Part shown: positions 9,252 through 18,076 of the stretch, piece after piece
Layout: every line of letters begins with the position of its first letter
Position numbering within the stretch: the first letter of the stretch is position 1
IMG/VR virus record: IMGVR_UViG_3300050144_000081
Span: 5,068 to 69,067 of that record
DNA: 64,000 nucleotides
From: a virus
Reading direction: 5' to 3' (one strand)
Program-made: the position numbers and the translations under genes
The notes under the pieces: generated by a model
What the model saw: only the letters and a program-made list of their open reading frames with translations
Databases searched by the model: none
What the model was told of the DNA's origin: nothing

Positions 9252-12200
9252 TCAAACGGCAGAAGATGTGTAGATCGCACCATTGGTGGCACTGCCGGCC
9301 GTGGTGTGGCCGACCGTGACAAACAGGCTGTTCGCAAACGCCATCCCGTAGAGCGCGCCGGCGTCAATGGATCTGCTGGTCCAGGTTGCGCCGCTGTCAG
9401 ACGATGTCCAGATGCCGCCAGCGGTGAGCGTGCCGGCCGCTGTTTTTCCGCATGCCACCCACTGCCCACCGGAGTGCACGACCGACTCCAGGACGCCGCC
9501 ACTGAACGGCTTCGAGGTCCAGTTGGCGCCATCGCTGCTGGTGCAGATGGCGCCAGCCGTTTCTGTCCCAGCGGAGGTGTGGCCAACCGCTACCAGCAGC
9601 GAGCCATTCGTGCCGATTTTCAGCACGGTCCCCATGTTGCTTGGCACGGTTGCCGCAGTCCAGTTGAGTCCGTCCGGTGATGTTGCGATCGCGCTCGATG
9701 GGCCGAACTCACGGCTGGTCCCCATGCCGCCAGCCACGAACAGGCCCAGGCCAGGATGCCACTCGACACACAGCAGGCCGCCGGCGACAGATGATGGGAC
9801 AGATGACCGCGTCCATGTGGCGCCCCCGTTTGACGACACCCAGGCATACGGCAGATAGGAGGCGTCGTACCCGACCGCAACCAGTGTGGAACCGTTCCAT
9901 GCCACGTCCTTCGGTGCGCCGGTGGTCGATGTCGCCGCCCATGTCACGCCATCGGCAGAGGTCATGATCTTGCCGGTCTGGTCTGCGCCGTCAATGTCGT
10001 ACCCCACCGAGACGAACTTCGTCCCGGTCCAGATGACCGACCACAGCATGCCCATGTTGTGTGAAAAGCGATCCGCCTGCTGCGTGAAGGTCGTGAAGTC
10101 GGTCGTGCTCCAGATTGAGCCTTCTCCGGTCCACCCGCCGCCACCGAAACCGACAAACACCCACTTGCTGGCACCATAGGCAGCGCCACGCAGGGCGGGG
10201 GAGGCGATGGCCTTGTAGGACCATGTGACCCCTGCTGCGCTGGTCGTCGTGAACTTGACGGTGGCCGAGTACGCAGAGAGTCCACCGGCTGCGCCACGGT
10301 ATCGGACGCGGGCATAGAAAGCAGTGGATGCGGCAAGCCCGCCGGGGGTCCAGGTCGTCTTGTTCGCCGCATCGGACAGCGACTGCCGCACAATGGTGGA
10401 GAAGTCCGCGCCTGATGCGATCTGCCAGTCGCTCGATGAGTGCGTGTCAGAACCAGATGAAGCGAATGCACTCGCCGAGATCGTCGCGCCAGATGCGGTA
10501 CCCGTGGCATTGTTGGCCGGCGAATTGATTGATGGGGCCGCCGTCGAAATCCATGTGAAGGCAACACCAGCGCTCCACGCAGAAGATCCGATGCTGGATC
10601 CATTGTGCCGAGCGCGAACGTAGTAGGACGTGCCGCTTGTCAGCCCAGATGGAGTCCAACTGAGCTTGTTCTGCGCATCTGCATCCGACCTGGCCAAGAT
10701 GCTCGAGAATGCGCTGTCCGCTGCGATAAGCCAGTCCGTGCTGCCATGGGTATCGCTGCCATTCATGGTGCCGAATGCCGATGTGGTGAACGGCCCCTTC
10801 ACGCCAGAGGCCCCGGATGATGGCGATGTGATCGTTGGCGTGTTGACGACTGGAACCGCGATGGACTGCGTAGTGAAGCTGACAGCCGTGGAGTACGACG
10901 ACAACACCCCAGTTGCTCCGCGGTATCGAACCCGGACGAAGAACTGGGCGGCCCCAGCAAGGTCAACCGATGGCGTCCAGGTGGTCTTGTTCGTCTGGTC
11001 CGTCAAGCTGGACTGGACGACATTGGAAAATGCGCTGTCTGTCGCGATCTGCCAGTCGCTGGAGTGGTGTGTGTCGCTGCCCGTGCTGGAGAACAGGCTG
11101 GCCTGAACTGCAGGGCGCAGCGCCACCCCTGTAGCGGCAGAAGCTGGAGAGGCAATCACCGGGGCGGAAACCGCCAGCGTCGTGAACTTGATGCCAGACG
11201 AGTACGGCGTCACGCCAAGGCCGGTTCCACGGTACCGAACGCGGACATAGCAGACGGCACCCGCTTGGAGCCCGCTCGGCACCCAGGTGGTCTTGTTCGT
11301 GGTGTCCGTGAGCGACTGTGCGAGGACCGTCAAAAAACCAGAATCGCTCGCGATCTGCCAATCAGAACTCGCATGCGTGTCGGTTCCACCACTCACGCTG
11401 AACGCGCTGGCCGAGATCTGGGCGTACTGGCTGATGCCGACTGCGTTGTTCGCTGGCGATGTGATTGACGGCGTGTTGAGTGCTGCCGCTGCTGCGGTTG
11501 TGAACGTGAGCGTTGCAGACCAATTTGACGCACCAAGGGCAGTCCCGCGGTGCCGCGCCCGGGCGTAATACGTCGTCGAGTTGGACAGTGCCGTCGCTGG
11601 AGACCAGGTCACCTTGTTCGTGGAGTCGCTGGCCGACTGGAGCACGATGGAGTTGAAGTTGGCATCACTCGCGACCTGCCAGTCCGTGCTGACGTGCGTG
11701 TCGGTGCCGCCATTCACGCTGAATGCCGTCGTGGAGAACGTTGCCACCGTTGAAACACCCGTGGATGCTGGGGCCGTGAACGACGGTGCATTCACCGTGG
11801 GCGCAGCTCGGGTAGTGAACTGCGTGGTACTACCCCAGGCGGATGGGCCTGAGATCGCGCCACGGTGGCGGACGCGGGCATAGAACGTGGCAAGAAATGA
11901 CAGGTCGGCAGATGGTGTCCAAGTCGTCTTGTTCGCCGCATCGGCACTGACCTGCAGCACGATCGAGGCGAATGCGGAGTCGCTGGCGATCTGCCAGTCG
12001 CTGGAGTGGTGTGTGTCGCTGCCGCCAGTGGTCGAGTAGGCGCTGCTGGAGAACACCGGACGGACAGCGACCCCTGTCGCCCCGCTGGTGGGCGCAGTGA
12101 TACTCGGGGCGTTCGTGGTCACGGCTGCCGTGATGCCTCTGCTGTGCGTGACCACCAGGTTGTTGATGCGCAGCGTCATCGAGTGCGCCGATCCTGCCGT

Positions 12201-13307
12201 TGACGCTGGCGCATCGCCGAACGTGACGTCGAACACCAGCACCCCCATGCCATTGGCGATGCGGCTGGACACGCTGAAACGTGCTCCGTTCGACCCCTCG
12301 GACTCATCCCCGATCAGCACGAATTCACCCGGGCGCAGTCCAGTGACTGTGATGCGAGCAACCTGCACCCCGGTAGACCCAGAAACAGAACTCGCTGCGG
12401 GGATCACCATGGGCGAGGACGCCGTGCCCACCCCACCAGCGGTGAACGCCGGACTGCACGAGATGCTGGAGGCCTTGATCGTCGTGCCGGACCGGCTGGG
12501 AAGCGGCGTGATCATCACGTAATCAGTGCCGTCGTCGACGACATCCGCATGCATCCCTGCCGAGATGGACCCCGCTGTCGGCGCCACCTTCGCGCCCGTC
12601 GAGTCGTAGACCTTCAACGCACGGGCTGTGAGCCCGGATACGGCCAGCGTCGGCGTGTCGGATGTGCTCGACGCATGGAACCGGCAGTGAAAGCGGCTGA
12701 ACTGTTTCAGCGCATCGACTGTTGGCGTCACGGCCAGCAAGTACGCTGCACCAGTCCCCGTGGTGGAGCTGCTGGTGTAGGACTGGTCTTGAACGCCCGA
12801 TTTCTTTGCGTACCCGGCCGCCACATGGGGGTCCGCCGAATTCATCTCGTGCGAGTGCAATGCCGCCAGCATCGCCAAGTTGCTGGAACTGTCGATGACA
12901 ACGGTGACCGATGCGCCAGGGATCTGGCTGAGTGCGAGGCTGAACGTCGCAACGTAGTCGTCACCGGACCTCTGAACCAGCACGCCGGACACGATGGAGT
13001 GGACAGCGAACAGCGTGCCGCCGGCATCCGGATCGCCAGCGTAAAACCCGACCTCTGTGGCGTCATAGGGGATCGACAGGCCGGGGAACAGGACGCTGAC
13101 ACGCATCTGTCCGTTTGCTGCCTGCCCGGCTCCGATGGCGGCCTTTTCGGTCTTGGCCAGCATCGCAGTCGCAGTCGTGGCGGGCGTGTACTTGCCCGTG
13201 CCGAGGCAGACGTGTGTGATCTGCAGCTGCAGCCCCGCGCCATTTGCTGAGATGGCGGCAGACTTGCCGGCGTCGGTGATGACGGGGGAGATTGTGGTGG
13301 TAGCCAT
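9252..13307 (-). CDS. Tail fibre / receptor-binding protein: baseplate-anchor N-terminus, six ~100-aa FnIII/Ig-like repeats, C-terminal beta-propeller-like region
   Basis: ITDAG..A...A...G.QLQITH...G.G N-terminus; repeats DTH.S(S/T)DW(Q/L)(I/V)A.D..F..I...S..D..NK..W.P; S.DG..WT (BNR-like) repeats; start re-picked at ATG 13307. Confidence 0.85.
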   Translation of the reverse strand: MATTTISPVITDAGKSAAISANGAGLQLQITHVCLGTGKYTPATTATAMLAKTEKAAIGAGQAANGQMRVSVLFPGLSIPYDATEVGFYAGDPDAGGTLFAVHSIVSGVLVQRSGDDYVATFSLALSQIPGASVTVVIDSSSNLAMLAALHSHEMNSADPHVAAGYAKKSGVQDQSYTSSSTTGTGAAYLLAVTPTVDALKQFSRFHCRFHASSTSDTPTLAVSGLTARALKVYDSTGAKVAPTAGSISAGMHADVVDDGTDYVMITPLPSRSGTTIKASSISCSPAFTAGGVGTASSPMVIPAASSVSGSTGVQVARITVTGLRPGEFVLIGDESEGSNGARFSVSSRIANGMGVLVFDVTFGDAPASTAGSAHSMTLRINNLVVTHSRGITAAVTTNAPSITAPTSGATGVAVRPVFSSSAYSTTGGSDTHHSSDWQIASDSAFASIVLQVSADAANKTTWTPSADLSFLATFYARVRHRGAISGPSAWGSTTQFTTRAAPTVNAPSFTAPASTGVSTVATFSTTAFSVNGGTDTHVSTDWQVASDANFNSIVLQSASDSTNKVTWSPATALSNSTTYYARARHRGTALGASNWSATLTFTTAAAAALNTPSITSPANNAVGISQYAQISASAFSVSGGTDTHASSDWQIASDSGFLTVLAQSLTDTTNKTTWVPSGLQAGAVCYVRVRYRGTGLGVTPYSSGIKFTTLAVSAPVIASPASAATGVALRPAVQASLFSSTGSDTHHSSDWQIATDSAFSNVVQSSLTDQTNKTTWTPSVDLAGAAQFFVRVRYRGATGVLSSYSTAVSFTTQSIAVPVVNTPTITSPSSGASGVKGPFTTSAFGTMNGSDTHGSTDWLIAADSAFSSILARSDADAQNKLSWTPSGLTSGTSYYVRARHNGSSIGSSAWSAGVAFTWISTAAPSINSPANNATGTASGATISASAFASSGSDTHSSSDWQIASGADFSTIVRQSLSDAANKTTWTPGGLAASTAFYARVRYRGAAGGLSAYSATVKFTTTSAAGVTWSYKAIASPALRGAAYGASKWVFVGFGGGGWTGEGSIWSTTDFTTFTQQADRFSHNMGMLWSVIWTGTKFVSVGYDIDGADQTGKIMTSADGVTWAATSTTGAPKDVAWNGSTLVAVGYDASYLPYAWVSSNGGATWTRSSVPSSVAGGLLCVEWHPGLGLFVAGGMGTSREFGPSSAIATSPDGLNWTAATVPSNMGTVLKIGTNGSLLVAVGHTSAGTETAGAICTSSDGANWTSKPFSGGVLESVVHSGGQWVACGKTAAGTLTAGGIWTSSDSGATWTSRSIDAGALYGMAFANSLFVTVGHTTAGSATNGAIYTSSAV

Positions 13308-13364
13308 GCGGCGATCCTGATGCCCCACCAGCTGGCTTCAGTGTGCTTTTTTCCGGCTGAGTTG

Positions 13365-13383
13365 TGCTTTAGAAGTGCTTTAG
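13365..13383 (+). promoter_or_regulatory. 19-bp operator-like motif, copy 2
   Basis: Exact TGCTTTAGAAGTGCTTTAG upstream of ssb. Confidence 0.7.
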
Positions 13384-13421
13384 GTGCATAATTGAAGCTC
13401 AGTTCAACGAAGGAGAACCGC

Positions 13422-13991
13422 TTGATCAACAACCAGAATGCCCGATCCGACCGCTTGGCCGGTCTGGTCTTGCTTGCCGCGGTGGCAGCCATCTTGTCCA
13501 GCCTGTTTGGCTGGTCTGTCCTGGGGCATCTCGGGAAAGACCCAGAGATGCGCTACACGCCCAGCGGCTCGGCCATCTGCAACCTGCGCATTGCCACCAC
13601 GCGCAACTGGAAGAACAAGGAATCCGGCGAGCGCGTCGAGGAAACTGAATGGCACTCGGTTGTCCTGTACGACCGCATTGCTGAGGTCGCAGGCGAATAC
13701 CTGAAGAAGGGCCGACAGGTCTACATCGAGGGCCGCCTGAAGACGACCAAGTGGCAAGACAAGGCCGGCGCAGACCGCTACACCACCCAGATCGTAGGGG
13801 AGTCGCTGCAACTGCTGGGGGGGACTGGCGATGCCGACGGCGCTCAGAATCGACAGCCCCGCCAGGGGAGCGTGTCACATCCCCCTGCGCCGCGCCAGAA
13901 CACGAGCGCTCCGACACAGAGCTGACCAGCCCCCAAGCCTCCTGCATCGTCGACAGGGTTCGACGACATGGACAACGACATCCCGTTCTGA
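13422..13991 (+). pseudogene. ssb: Single-stranded DNA-binding protein with in-frame TGA (13923-13925) before the acidic C-terminal tip and an atypical hydrophobic N-terminus
   Basis: LGKDPEMRYTPSG...EETEWH...YLKKGRQVYIEGRLKT; after the TGA the same frame reads PAPKPPASSTGFDDMDNDIPF*. Confidence 0.85.
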
Positions 13992-13997
13992 TCCAGC

Positions 13998-15008
13998 ATG
14001 ACCAAGACCACCACCACGGCGCGCGTGCGCCATAACAATCTCTACACGATCGAGCTGGACGGAAAGCCAGTCGCGCAGGCGCTGGCGATCAGCCAGGCCG
14101 AGGCGGTGCGGCTGTACGTCGAGAGCGTGCAGCAGCCGGTAATCTCGGCTCGGATGTCTCCGCCGATCGAAGCCCGCACGCTGGCCGGCCTGCCGCTGTT
14201 GACCCGCGGCGATCATGCGCCAGCACCTGCACCCGATCGTGACCCGCGCGTGCCGGACATGTTTGACGATGAGCCGGCCGATCCCGTGCTGGATGGCCTG
14301 TCAGCCGGGATGCCGGACCATGTAGAGGTTGTCCTCGCAATGGTCCCACCGCAGCACGCGCCGATTGCCGCAGTCGTGGAAGGACTGCCGGCAGATTTCA
14401 TCGACTACATCGAAGGCGAGGGGGGGGCCGCCGCCGCGCAGATGGGGAGCCCTCCCGCCGACCGGATGCAGACGCTGCTGGATGACGCCTATCGCCTGGG
14501 CCTGAACGATGCAGGCATCCCAGGTCAGATCGTCGGCGAGCGGGCGTATGCGATGCAGCAGGGTCTGTACATCACCGACGCCGACGCCGTGAGCGCTGCA
14601 TTTTCACGCGGGTGCAGCGATGCATGGAAGTTGCGGCAGGAGGCTGCCGCAGCACCCCAGGGGGAGCCTGCACCGTCGGCGCCGTCTACTGCTGAGCCGA
14701 TGGTGAGTCATGCCCCTGTGGATGTCGAGCAGCAGGTGCAGGCCGTGCTTGACCGTCGTGTGCAAATCAATGCCAGCGGGCAAGCCGGCGAGGACGCCGA
14801 GAACATCCGCAGCGAGCTGAAGCGCCAGGCCGAGGCCGCCGCAGCACGCCGCGCGATGGCCGGAAAGCCGGTGGCGATGTACCTCAACCCGGCGAACGGA
14901 TCTACATGGAGCGGGCGCGGACTGAAGCCCCGCTGGCTGGTCGATGCGATCGAAGCCGGACGCACGCAAGACGAATTCCTGATCGACACGCAAGGAGCAC
15001 GCGCATGA
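13998..15008 (+). CDS. Protein with C-terminal H-NS-like DNA-binding domain
   Basis: KPVAMYLNPANGSTWSGRGLKPRWL (H-NS TWSGRG.P.W motif) after a long acidic/Pro-rich N-terminus. Confidence 0.8.
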   Translation: MTKTTTTARVRHNNLYTIELDGKPVAQALAISQAEAVRLYVESVQQPVISARMSPPIEARTLAGLPLLTRGDHAPAPAPDRDPRVPDMFDDEPADPVLDGLSAGMPDHVEVVLAMVPPQHAPIAAVVEGLPADFIDYIEGEGGAAAAQMGSPPADRMQTLLDDAYRLGLNDAGIPGQIVGERAYAMQQGLYITDADAVSAAFSRGCSDAWKLRQEAAAAPQGEPAPSAPSTAEPMVSHAPVDVEQQVQAVLDRRVQINASGQAGEDAENIRSELKRQAEAAAARRAMAGKPVAMYLNPANGSTWSGRGLKPRWLVDAIEAGRTQDEFLIDTQGARA

Positions 15009-15514
15009 CCACCGAACAACTGCCCGATGGGCTGCAACTGGCTGTCGAGATCATCGAGTCCACTCTGGCTGGGCCAAACGCAAGGGCGCGAGCACGTTCC
15101 GCCATCCGCGCCGAACATGCCCAGCGCCTGACGCTGCAGCACCACGCCGCCGACCAAGCGCAGCGCATCACGGATCTGGAGCGGCTGAACAGCATGCACA
15201 AGGCGGCATGGTTGGCATATCAGCCGCTTGGCGACTACATGCAGGCGCTGAGCACGGCCGGGGAGTTGCCGACCGGAACTCTTGGACGTCATCTTGGCGA
15301 TGTGGCGATTGAGCGCATGCAGGCGCAAGAGGCGCGCATCGCCGAACTGGAGGCCGAGCGCGACGAATGGCGGAGGATCGCCAGCGCGTACAGCCCGACA
15401 AAAGAGCTTGCGGACGTCTGCGCAGATCGACGCCGAGAAAAAGGCCATCATCGACCGGTTCGCGGCCGAGCACGGCCCTTGCTGCGCCGGGTGCGACTAC
15501 TGGCTGTGGCATAA
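15005..15514 (+). CDS. Hypothetical phage protein sharing a module with 3606..4469
   Basis: ATGA coupling; LPDGLQLAV and ARIAELEAERDEW.RI.SAYSP.KEL shared. Confidence 0.55.
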   Translation: MTTEQLPDGLQLAVEIIESTLAGPNARARARSAIRAEHAQRLTLQHHAADQAQRITDLERLNSMHKAAWLAYQPLGDYMQALSTAGELPTGTLGRHLGDVAIERMQAQEARIAELEAERDEWRRIASAYSPTKELADVCADRRREKGHHRPVRGRARPLLRRVRLLAVA

Positions 15515-15668
15515 CGCCGTGGTTGGCGAGTGCCTGCGAACTGCGCCAGTTGCCAGCAGCGATCGTGTGGCGCTGCTTGGCATGACTGGGTGCTCGGCGC
15601 CGATCGGATCTGGGCACATCATGACGCCACGCGAGCACTGGTGCGGCGAATTCAAGGATGGAGGGTGA
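15408..15668 (+). CDS. Cys-rich small phage protein in an alternative frame (TTG start or frameshifted continuation)
   Basis: HGPCCAGCDYW...GEC...GHIMTPREHWCGEF looks protein-like; overlaps the tail of the previous ORF. Confidence 0.45.
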   Translation: MRTSAQIDAEKKAIIDRFAAEHGPCCAGCDYWLWHNAVVGECLRTAPVASSDRVALLGMTGCSAPIGSGHIMTPREHWCGEFKDGG

Positions 15669-15671
15669 ATC

Positions 15672-15962
15672 ATGATGAAATTCCAAGGAAACACTCACAC
15701 CCACCGCGCAACTCGGCGCGATTGGTCAAAGCGGATGACGATCCGTGCCAGGCTTGATGGAAACCACCGCGGCCCCGGCAGCACAGCATGTGAGGCATGG
15801 TACTGGCGGCGGCTTGGACTGCACTCTCCGACGCTGAGGTCGAAGCGCACCGGGTTCTCTGTGCTGAAGAGCATCGCCACAGACCAGAGAGCACGGTTCA
15901 TGGAGCGATCAGATCGTGATGATCCGCATGGCCTTCATCTCGGCGAACATCTGCCGAGCTGA
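15672..15962 (+). CDS. Hypothetical protein
   Basis: GGAGGG SD; 96 aa. Confidence 0.45.
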   Translation: MMKFQGNTHTHRATRRDWSKRMTIRARLDGNHRGPGSTACEAWYWRRLGLHSPTLRSKRTGFSVLKSIATDQRARFMERSDRDDPHGLHLGEHLPS

Positions 15963-16391
15963 CTCAAGCCCTGACTGGCGGCGCGCGTACCAGCACGCGG
16001 CCAGGATCGCCACCTGCCCGGCGGTGATGTCCGAAGAGATTCGGTACTTGGTGCCGCGTTCGTCGACGCCGTCCGCCTCGATCCGGTTCGACGGGTCGTG
16101 CCGCTGCAGCGCTGGCGCCATGACCAGCCGGCCGCCCGCGCGCATGTCGTGGTAGGCCCGGATCGCGTCAGACAGTTCGTCCTCGCTGAACAGCGCATCC
16201 CGGTTCGGATCGTCCACCTGGTTCGAGATGCGCAGGAACCCGGGCCGGTCGACAAGCTCTTGCGCTGGATGCTCTCGCGCCGCGTTCAGGACGCTGGTGC
16301 GCGGGTCGAACGCTGCGAAGAGGCTCACCGCAGCCCCTTTGTAGCCGGACATGTTCACCCGGATCAGCACTGGCTTGACTGCATCGCTCAT
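15909..16391 (-). CDS. Hypothetical late-operon protein
   Basis: 160 aa, coupled to the upstream gene. Confidence 0.6.
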   Translation of the reverse strand: MSDAVKPVLIRVNMSGYKGAAVSLFAAFDPRTSVLNAAREHPAQELVDRPGFLRISNQVDDPNRDALFSEDELSDAIRAYHDMRAGGRLVMAPALQRHDPSNRIEADGVDERGTKYRISSDITAGQVAILAACWYARRQSGLESARQMFAEMKAMRIITI

Positions 16392-17191
16392 GGCGACCCG
16401 TCGTCGTTGACAACGAACACCTGCGGCGGGCTGGCCTCCTGCGGGTCAGGCGATGCATACCCTGTGATCCTGCGCAGCCCAGCGAAACCGCTCGGGTCGC
16501 TCAGGTCGTGCGTTCCCAGCCCATCCGCATCCTCTGCAGACAGGCCCGGGTGCCTCAGGATCGGAACCGGTGCACGCAAGGTGAAGTCGCACGCGATCAC
16601 GGTCAGGTTGTCCATCTGCTCAGGCGACATGATCGACGGCATCAGGTTGCGCTCGGCGATCTGCGCCACCCACGTTTCCACCATGCCGGCCAGGTTGTAG
16701 CGCACCGGCACGCGGTCGCCCTCGGACCTGCGCACGTACAGCGCAAGCTGCATGGCCAGGCTCATGCAGGTGGGCTGGTCGGCCGCGATGATGCAGACCT
16801 GGATGCGCCGCTCCACTACCAGCGCCTGAAGCTGAAACATCCGCTCCTTCGGGTCATCCGGCAACACCACCCACGTCGGGTCTGCCTGCTGCGTACTGTA
16901 GTCGGCTGTGGCCGGCATGAAGTCCCGCCCAGCCGCGCACAGCAGCACCGGCAGCATCGGCGTGCCGCGGGCCGTGCCGGACGTGTCGTTCTTCCGCCAT
17001 TCGCCGATCATCGACTCGACCTGGTCGATCATGCGGCCGGGCGCCCATGCTGCGGCCCGTGAGAACTCGCGCCCAGCGAACTCGGCCACGGCCGGCGTGT
17101 CGGCGACGATCTGCGCATGGAACCGCTGCAGGTACTCACCGAAGCCGATCAGCAGAGGGTGCGCGAAGTTGTGCGCTGTGCTGGCGGTCAT
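16388..17191 (-). CDS. Putative neck/tail-completion protein
   Basis: 267 aa downstream of prohead protease; function inferred from position only. Confidence 0.5.
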   Translation of the reverse strand: MTASTAHNFAHPLLIGFGEYLQRFHAQIVADTPAVAEFAGREFSRAAAWAPGRMIDQVESMIGEWRKNDTSGTARGTPMLPVLLCAAGRDFMPATADYSTQQADPTWVVLPDDPKERMFQLQALVVERRIQVCIIAADQPTCMSLAMQLALYVRRSEGDRVPVRYNLAGMVETWVAQIAERNLMPSIMSPEQMDNLTVIACDFTLRAPVPILRHPGLSAEDADGLGTHDLSDPSGFAGLRRITGYASPDPQEASPPQVFVVNDDGSP

Positions 17192-18051
17192 CAGCGGATC
17201 CCGTAGCGGCGGGCCATCATCCGCGCCTCGGGCGATGTGGTGTCTTGCTGCCCAGGGTCTTTCGGCAGGGCCTGCAGCGGCACAAGAATGGCAGTGCGGA
17301 ATGCCCGCATCGCCTCCAGGTCTCCAGCTGGCTCACGCCGCGGCAGCATGAAGCCGGACCCACTGGCCGAATCCAGCACCTGTGATTCCTTGCGCGATGC
17401 CAGCCGAGCCAGGTAGCCCTCGTTCAGCCCGGACAGGTGGCGGATGGTCTGCTGAGCTTGCTCGAACTGATCCTGCAGCGCGTCGAACATCTGAGCCAGT
17501 GCGGCATCAGCTTCGGCCGCCTGCATCAGAACAGAGTCCATGAGGGCCGCCTGGGCATCGGTCACACCATCCAGCATGCGCACCGTGCCGCGGTTGGTGT
17601 TGTAGTTGGGCTCCAGGACGTAGTCGAATCCGCCGAACATGCGCGGTATCGCCGGCATGGTGCGCGGGATGGCATCGATCGCCGAAGAGAATCCGCCCTG
17701 CCCGGCCTTGAACAGACTCTGCGCGATCTCGCCGCTGGCCGTGTCGAGAAACTCGGTGCGGTGCGTGATCGTGCCGTCCGGATTGGCCTTCAGCTCGATC
17801 GTGCGTAGCGCTGGATCGACATGGACCACCGCGCCGTCAACGATGCCGCCCTCCGCCGGCTGCATGCCAAGCTTGAGGCGCGGCCAGTGCCCGTAGTAGC
17901 CGACCATGTCGCCGGCCTTCACGCGCTCCTGCACGGCAGGACCGTTGACCATGGCTGCCAGGGCGGCGCAGTCGAAGTGCCGATCAACACCGCGGTGCTT
18001 CCGGCCGCGCTGGTTGACGTTGTAGGTGATGCTGTCCGTGATGAGTGGCAT
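17191..18051 (-). CDS. pro: Prohead (head-processing) protease, P1 Pro-like
   Basis: GDMVGYYGHWPR...DGTITHRTEFLDT...GGFSSAI...GFDYVLEPNY resembles P1 Pro; start re-picked at ATG 18051. Confidence 0.75.
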   Translation of the reverse strand: MPLITDSITYNVNQRGRKHRGVDRHFDCAALAAMVNGPAVQERVKAGDMVGYYGHWPRLKLGMQPAEGGIVDGAVVHVDPALRTIELKANPDGTITHRTEFLDTASGEIAQSLFKAGQGGFSSAIDAIPRTMPAIPRMFGGFDYVLEPNYNTNRGTVRMLDGVTDAQAALMDSVLMQAAEADAALAQMFDALQDQFEQAQQTIRHLSGLNEGYLARLASRKESQVLDSASGSGFMLPRREPAGDLEAMRAFRTAILVPLQALPKDPGQQDTTSPEARMMARRYGIR

Positions 18052-18076
18052 AGGTCTCTGTCCATTCTTGATTCGT

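Noticed and set aside
9252-13307. Diversity-generating retroelement or invertible tail-fibre switch
   Set aside because: No reverse transcriptase, template repeat, invertase or flanking inverted crossover sites seen in the window
13923-13925. Genome-wide UGA recoding
   Set aside because: Most genes here end in TGA, often in ATGA/GTGA coupling, so UGA is a normal stop
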